The position numbers and the translations under genes were made by a program. Source: Candidatus Saganbacteria bacterium (GTDB lineage: Bacteria > Margulisbacteria > WOR-1 > JAKLHX01). Taken from it: a DNA stretch of 32,000 bases. Shown here piece by piece: positions 27,144-32,000 of this stretch. Numbering within the stretch: the first letter of the stretch is position 1; the number at the start of each line of letters is the position of its first letter. The notes beneath the pieces are model-generated. The model did no database searches and was not told where the DNA came from. It saw only the letters and a program-made list of their open reading frames with translations. The stretch spans positions 65,284 through 97,283 of the forward strand of contig JAPLKZ010000007.1 of the NCBI GenBank assembly GCA_026387835.1, read 5' to 3'.

Positions 27144-28212
27144 GAAAAAAGTGCTGGTTTTCTATTATGGGGGGGTTTATGGAGGCGTTAATGCGTTCAT
27201 TGATGCTTTCACTTCCATGATAAGCGAGAAGTATTCGTATAAAACGATATCTTTGAGGTCGTTGCAGGGAGAAGGGCCCCGAAAGAACAATCCTCTTTTG
27301 AAAAGCAGGGTTGTATCGATGTTTAATGCATTTTCAAGACTATTTTTGAATATTCGAAGTCAGGAATATGACATTATTGTTTCAAACGAACTAACAACAG
27401 CCGTATTTTGTTGTATCATTAAGGTCTTCCGTAAAAATATAAGGCACGTATGCGTCGTTCATTGTAACTACAAAGATATCCCCATCGGCTTCGCGTGGAG
27501 ATCCGTCATCCAGGCATTCAAAAAAGTATTGATAAAGAATACCGACAAATTTGTTTGCGTATCAAAATTTGTCGCGCAGACGATAAGTGATTACGGGGTT
27601 GAACAGGATAAAATCGAAGTGATCTATAACTGCATAAAATCGCAGGAGAATATACGCATTGACAAAGAGCAAACTTGCAATTCAAGGGTTAATATCGCGT
27701 ACATCGGCCGGCTTTCAAAAGAAAAGGGCGTAGATATTTTGCTGAAAATCGCAGACGGCCTTTTGCCCTTAAAGGAAAAAGTGGCATTTAAAATATTAGG
27801 AGACGGAGCGATGCAGGATCAGGTTGCCAGCTATTCAGGCTTACACCCCGAGTATTTCCGGTATCGCGGATTTGTCAGGGATCCTTTTGACGATAAAGAC
27901 ATGGATATTTTGATAATGCCTTCCCGCAGCGAAGGCTTTCCGATCGTGTTGTTAGAAGCGATGCAGAATGGCGCCTTAATTATAGCGGCAAATGTAGGGG
28001 GTATTCCGGAAATAGTCATAAATGGTTATAATGGAATTCTGTGCGGACAAAGTGATGTTAACGCGTATTGTGAAGCAGTAAAAAGATTAATAAGCGACGG
28101 CGACTTAAGATATAAGCTGCGGCACAACGCAATAGACACAATGAGGAACAAATTTTCTTTTGAGATAGCGAAAGAAAAATATTTAAGTCTTTTGGATCAG
28201 CTGGAAAAATGA
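27136..28212 (+). CDS. Glycosyltransferase family 4
   Basis: GGVYGGVNAFIDAFTSM, DKIEVIYNCIKSQENI, VNIAYIGRLSKEKGVDILLKI, MPSRSEGFPIVLLEAMQNGALIIAANVGGIPEIVINGYNGIL. Confidence 0.92.
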   Translation: MNKKKVLVFYYGGVYGGVNAFIDAFTSMISEKYSYKTISLRSLQGEGPRKNNPLLKSRVVSMFNAFSRLFLNIRSQEYDIIVSNELTTAVFCCIIKVFRKNIRHVCVVHCNYKDIPIGFAWRSVIQAFKKVLIKNTDKFVCVSKFVAQTISDYGVEQDKIEVIYNCIKSQENIRIDKEQTCNSRVNIAYIGRLSKEKGVDILLKIADGLLPLKEKVAFKILGDGAMQDQVASYSGLHPEYFRYRGFVRDPFDDKDMDILIMPSRSEGFPIVLLEAMQNGALIIAANVGGIPEIVINGYNGILCGQSDVNAYCEAVKRLISDGDLRYKLRHNAIDTMRNKFSFEIAKEKYLSLLDQLEK

Positions 28213-28263
28213 CAGGGGATCCCATATGAATGATATGAAACGGACAGAAAAAGGCAGCTCCAT

Positions 28264-30192
28264 ATGTTAATGGTCTTCCCGTTTATATTCTGTATTTTGG
28301 CGTTTCTCGGCTTTATCAAGCTCTTATCGGATAATAGTAAAGGTTTTTATACCGTCTTGCGGGAGGCTTTTATTTGGACTGCTCTCATGGCGGGGCTAAC
28401 GGCGACTTTGATCATTGAGATCCTGAGCATCTTTAAAGCTATTGTTCCGATTTACGTCTCAATATCATGGTTGGGCGCATCAATAGCCGCAGGAATAGCG
28501 CTTTTTTCGATGCGTCATCGGAGATCCCCCGGGGCTTGTTCAAGGCCGTCTTTAGATCCCTTTGATAAGTCATTGATAGGCACGATTGTTTTCGTTATTG
28601 CCTTGACGTTTGTCATCGCTTTGCTAGCCCCGCCGAATAATTCTGATGCCATGACCTATCATATGGCCCGGGTAGCTCATTGGGCGCAGAACCATAGCGT
28701 GCTTAACTATCCTACTCATACATTGCGTCAGTTATACATGTCCCCGGGCGCAGAATTTATTATCTTGAATTTTCAGGTTTTATTGAGGAATGATTATTTG
28801 GCCAATTTTGTCCAGTGGTTTGCAATGATAGGAAGCATTATCGCAGTTACTCTGCTTGTTAAATTAATGAAGGGCGGCATAAAAGCTCAGATAATTTCCG
28901 GTTTTGTCGTGTCCACGATACCAATGGGTATTATGCAGTCCACCAGCACCCAAACCGATTATCTGACCGCTTTCTGGCTTTTATGCCTGGCATTATTTGT
29001 TGTCAGATCGAACCATGAAAACGGTCCTCTGAATGTTATCGGCGCGGGAGTTGCTTTAGGCCTGGCGGTGCTTACTAAGCCAACGGCCTGCTTTTTTGCC
29101 GCGCCTTTTGTTCTATGGTTGTTTGTCATTTGGTTCAGGAGGGACATGAAGAATTCCTGGAAGACATTTTTACTTGTATTTTTGACCGCGGTATTATTAA
29201 ACTCAGGTTTCTTTTTGAGGAATGTGGCGCTTTTTCACGCTCCTTTCGGGCCTCATGATGACTATACTCAGAGCGAGATACACTCGCCTCGCAATATAGC
29301 GTCAAATATTGTGAAGTATTTTTCTTTGAATTTGAACACCCCTTCCAGTGCGGTAAACAGGCTGATCTATACGGCCATCGCTGATCTTCATCACTTATCT
29401 AAAGTTGATATCAATGACCGGAGGACTTCAGCATTTGCAAACTATTCAGTTGAAACCTACATTCCCCATGAGGATCTTGTGGGTAATCCCATGCATTTAT
29501 TATTGATCATTATTTGCGGGTTGGCTCTTTTCAGTAAAAATATCAGCAGGGGAAATAAAGAATTGCTGTATTATTTTTCTTCGGTAGCCGCGGGTTTTTT
29601 GCTGTTTTTTGTGTTCATCAAATACCAGCCGTGGCTTAACCGTTTGATGCTGCCTGTTTTTCTATTGTTCTCCCCGATTACGGGAATAGCAATGAAAAGG
29701 ATATTTTCCAGAGCGGCCCTGATATTATTTCTACTGATTTTATTTTTTGTGGCAGTCCCGCCGTTAGTGTTCAATATTAAAAAACCTTTGGCAATCCCTC
29801 CGTTCGTGCCTGACAGATATAAATATTCGCTTTTTACCCGGTCAAGGCAATATTTTTATTTTGCCGCCAAGCCGGAAACATATCAATGCTATAAGAAGAT
29901 CGCTGAGACAATTAAAAGGCGCAACTATTCGCAGATCGGAATGGAAGAGTTTAGCAAGGAATATGAATATCCGTTGTGGATCGTTCTTGAGGGCAACGGC
30001 AGAAAATTCCGCATGGAACATGTGGGGGTCACGAATATTTCAAGATCTATCCCCGCTGATTTTACGCCTTCTGTAATTATATGTATCGGATCAGACCCGA
30101 AAATCTCTCAAAAATATGCAAAAAAGTTTAAATATAGAGAAGTAATCGGCTATGACAGCTTTGGTTCGCTGGTTATGCTGTACGGTCAATAG
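28264..30192 (+). CDS. Polytopic membrane protein, GT39/ArnT-like (glycosyltransferase family 39-like)
   Basis: Many hydrophobic segments; APPNNSDAMTYHMARVAHWAQNHSVLNYPTHTLRQLYMSPGAEF, LGVALGLAVLTKPTACFFAAPF, FLTAVLLNSGFFLRN. Confidence 0.7.
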   Translation: MLMVFPFIFCILAFLGFIKLLSDNSKGFYTVLREAFIWTALMAGLTATLIIEILSIFKAIVPIYVSISWLGASIAAGIALFSMRHRRSPGACSRPSLDPFDKSLIGTIVFVIALTFVIALLAPPNNSDAMTYHMARVAHWAQNHSVLNYPTHTLRQLYMSPGAEFIILNFQVLLRNDYLANFVQWFAMIGSIIAVTLLVKLMKGGIKAQIISGFVVSTIPMGIMQSTSTQTDYLTAFWLLCLALFVVRSNHENGPLNVIGAGVALGLAVLTKPTACFFAAPFVLWLFVIWFRRDMKNSWKTFLLVFLTAVLLNSGFFLRNVALFHAPFGPHDDYTQSEIHSPRNIASNIVKYFSLNLNTPSSAVNRLIYTAIADLHHLSKVDINDRRTSAFANYSVETYIPHEDLVGNPMHLLLIIICGLALFSKNISRGNKELLYYFSSVAAGFLLFFVFIKYQPWLNRLMLPVFLLFSPITGIAMKRIFSRAALILFLLILFFVAVPPLVFNIKKPLAIPPFVPDRYKYSLFTRSRQYFYFAAKPETYQCYKKIAETIKRRNYSQIGMEEFSKEYEYPLWIVLEGNGRKFRMEHVGVTNISRSIPADFTPSVIICIGSDPKISQKYAKKFKYREVIGYDSFGSLVMLYGQ

Positions 30193-30225
30193 TTAACTCT
30201 GTCCGGATATGATAAAATATATTCC

Positions 30226-31026
30226 ATGACCGATGAAAGAAAGGAACAAACTGATTTGCCGGAACATAACAGAGAAACCGGTCTTTCGCTTTCAGTGTTG
30301 ATGCCGGTATACAATGAAAAATCCACGATATCAGAATGTATCGCAAGAGTATTTGCGGTCAAGAGCCCTTATATCTCCAGGATCGAGGTCATTACGGTTG
30401 ACGACGGATCTACCGATGGTACGAGAGATATTTTGCGCGAACTTCAAAAAAAGCACCCCGGGCAATTGATCTATATTGAGCATGAAAGAAATCAAGGAAA
30501 AGGCGCGGCGATCCGGACTGCCATTGACAGGGCAGGGAATGATATCTGCATTATTCAGGATGCGGACCTGGAATATGACCCTAATGATTATCACAAGATA
30601 ATGGCCCCTTTTGTCAAAGAAAATGCCGATGCGGTTTTTGGCTCCAGGTTCTTAACCGGGGATTATAAACGCCTTCTGAATTACAGGCACGCGGTCATAA
30701 ACCGTTTTTTAACTTTTCTGACCAATGTCGTGACAAATATCAATTTTACGGATATGGAAACATGCTATAAAGCTGTACGCACCGAACTTCTAAAATCCAT
30801 ACCGATCAGAGCAAATTGTTTCGATCTCGAACCGGAAATATCGATCAAGCTTGCCAAAAGAGGCGCACATATATTCGAGGTGCCCATAAGTTACAGCGGA
30901 CGGACAAGCGCGGAGGGTAAAAAGATCGGCTGGAAAGACGGTCTTATGGCGCTGAGAACACTGCTTAAATACAGTTTTGTGAATGACAGCAGCAAGAACG
31001 GCCCTAAAGCGGGTAAAAAGACATAA
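30226..31026 (+). CDS. Glycosyltransferase family 2, polyprenyl/dolichyl-phosphate sugar transferase type
   Basis: SVLMPVYNEKSTISECIARV, VITVDDGSTDGTRDIL, NQGKGAAIRTAI, IIQDADLEYDPNDY, VFGSRFLTGD, DMETCYKAVR. Confidence 0.92.
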   Translation: MTDERKEQTDLPEHNRETGLSLSVLMPVYNEKSTISECIARVFAVKSPYISRIEVITVDDGSTDGTRDILRELQKKHPGQLIYIEHERNQGKGAAIRTAIDRAGNDICIIQDADLEYDPNDYHKIMAPFVKENADAVFGSRFLTGDYKRLLNYRHAVINRFLTFLTNVVTNINFTDMETCYKAVRTELLKSIPIRANCFDLEPEISIKLAKRGAHIFEVPISYSGRTSAEGKKIGWKDGLMALRTLLKYSFVNDSSKNGPKAGKKT

Positions 31027-31039
31027 GGAGCTTATCAAA

Positions 31040-32000
31040 GTGAGAATATGTGTGATCGGAGTCGGTTATGTGGGATTGGTGACCGCCGCATGTCTGGCGG
31101 ACCTGGGCAATGAAGTAGTATGTGTCGACAGCAACAAAAAGAAGATAAGCGCTTTAAAAAAAGGCAGAGTCCCGTTTTATGAGCCGGGGCTGAAAGAATT
31201 GGTCGTTCATAATTTAAAAAATAAAAGACTCGCATTTACGGGCGATCTGACGCTCACGGTGAATAAAGCGGAGATAATATTTATCGCGGTCGGTACACCG
31301 CCAAAAGCCACGGGTGAAGCGGATGTGACGGCCGTTATCCAGGTGACAAAAGGTATTGCGCGGGCCATAAAAAGCAAAGGCATAAAAGTCCGCAAAAGCA
31401 GCCTGGGCTATAAACTTATTGTGAATAAAAGCACTGTCCCTGTCGGGATGGGGGACCTGGTCACAGAGACGCTCTTAAAATACGGTATTCCGAAAAAAAG
31501 TTTCGCAGTCGTCTCAAACCCGGAATTCCTGCGCGAAGGCTCAGCGCTTTCAGATTTCCGGTCGCCCGACCGTTTAGTGATCGGAGCCTCCAATAATAAA
31601 GCTTTCAATTTGATCACCGATCTTTACCGCCCTTTGAACGCGCATATCATTTTTACCAGTATTAAGAACGCGGAGCTTATAAAATATGCTTCGAACGCGT
31701 TCCTTGCAACAAAGATATCTTTTATCAATGAAATGGCGAATATCTGTGAAAGGCTGGGAGCCGATATTATCGAGGTCGCATTTGGCATGGGGCTGGACAA
31801 ACGGATCGGAAGAGGTTTTTTGAACGCCGGCGTCGGGTTCGGAGGCTCATGCTTTCCTAAAGATATTTCCGCATTGATACATCTTGCCAAGAGCCATGGT
31901 TATGAGCCGGTTATACTGAAGTCCACTAACGAATTTAACCGCAGCCAGAGAGAAGCCTTTGTCAGTAAGGTTGAAAAAAAATTGAAGGGCCTGAAAAATA
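31040..32000 (+). CDS. ugd: UDP-glucose / GDP-mannose dehydrogenase family protein (UDP-glucose 6-dehydrogenase), truncated by window end
   Basis: GTG 31040 after AAGGAG; translated directly from the sequence: VRICVIGVGYVGLVTAACLADLGNEVVCVD, IIFIAVGTPP, STVPVG, NPEFLREGSALSDF, NAGVGFGGSCFPKD. No plus-strand ORF is listed in the track because there is no stop before the edge. Confidence 0.9.
   Translation, partial: MRICVIGVGYVGLVTAACLADLGNEVVCVDSNKKKISALKKGRVPFYEPGLKELVVHNLKNKRLAFTGDLTLTVNKAEIIFIAVGTPPKATGEADVTAVIQVTKGIARAIKSKGIKVRKSSLGYKLIVNKSTVPVGMGDLVTETLLKYGIPKKSFAVVSNPEFLREGSALSDFRSPDRLVIGASNNKAFNLITDLYRPLNAHIIFTSIKNAELIKYASNAFLATKISFINEMANICERLGADIIEVAFGMGLDKRIGRGFLNAGVGFGGSCFPKDISALIHLAKSHGYEPVILKSTNEFNRSQREAFVSKVEKKLKGLKN

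Noticed and set aside
1-32000. CRISPR arrays, tRNA/rRNA, transposases, integrases, phage or defence genes
   Set aside because: No direct repeat-spacer pattern, tRNA-like cloverleaf or mobile-element protein motif was noticed on reading; tRNAscan, Infernal and a CRISPR finder would be needed to exclude them formally.

Overview
The window is one densely packed, entirely plus-strand surface-polysaccharide / glycoconjugate biosynthesis locus. About 30 genes run from base 1 to 32000, many with ATGA-type or few-base overlaps, and it is cut at both ends. The 5' half (about 2.8-13.7 kb) is the unusual part: HpcH/HpaI aldolase, two paralogous zinc-ribbon methyltransferases flanking a divergent KdsB-like cytidylyltransferase, hexapeptide acyltransferase, D-2-hydroxyacid dehydrogenase, another methyltransferase, NAD-dependent epimerase, HAD phosphatase, KynB-like cyclase-family hydrolase, ATP sulfurylase, and a divergent pyruvate-kinase-like protein. 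A CPA-type cation/proton antiporter follows. I infer that this could encode synthesis and transfer of an uncharacterised nucleotide-activated acid or modifying group; nothing in the sequence proves the chemistry. The 3' half carries more conventional glycan genes: CDP-glycerol-glycerophosphotransferase-like, GT4 and GT2 enzymes, DegT aminotransferases, RmlD-like reductase, polysaccharide deacetylase, FemAB-like acyltransferase, B12-binding radical SAM, GT39-like membrane protein, UDP-glucose dehydrogenase. It also has a clear C-terminal fragment of a GT4 gene. I saw no RNA genes, CRISPR, transposase or phage genes by reading. All family calls come from recognising motifs by eye; no database search was run.
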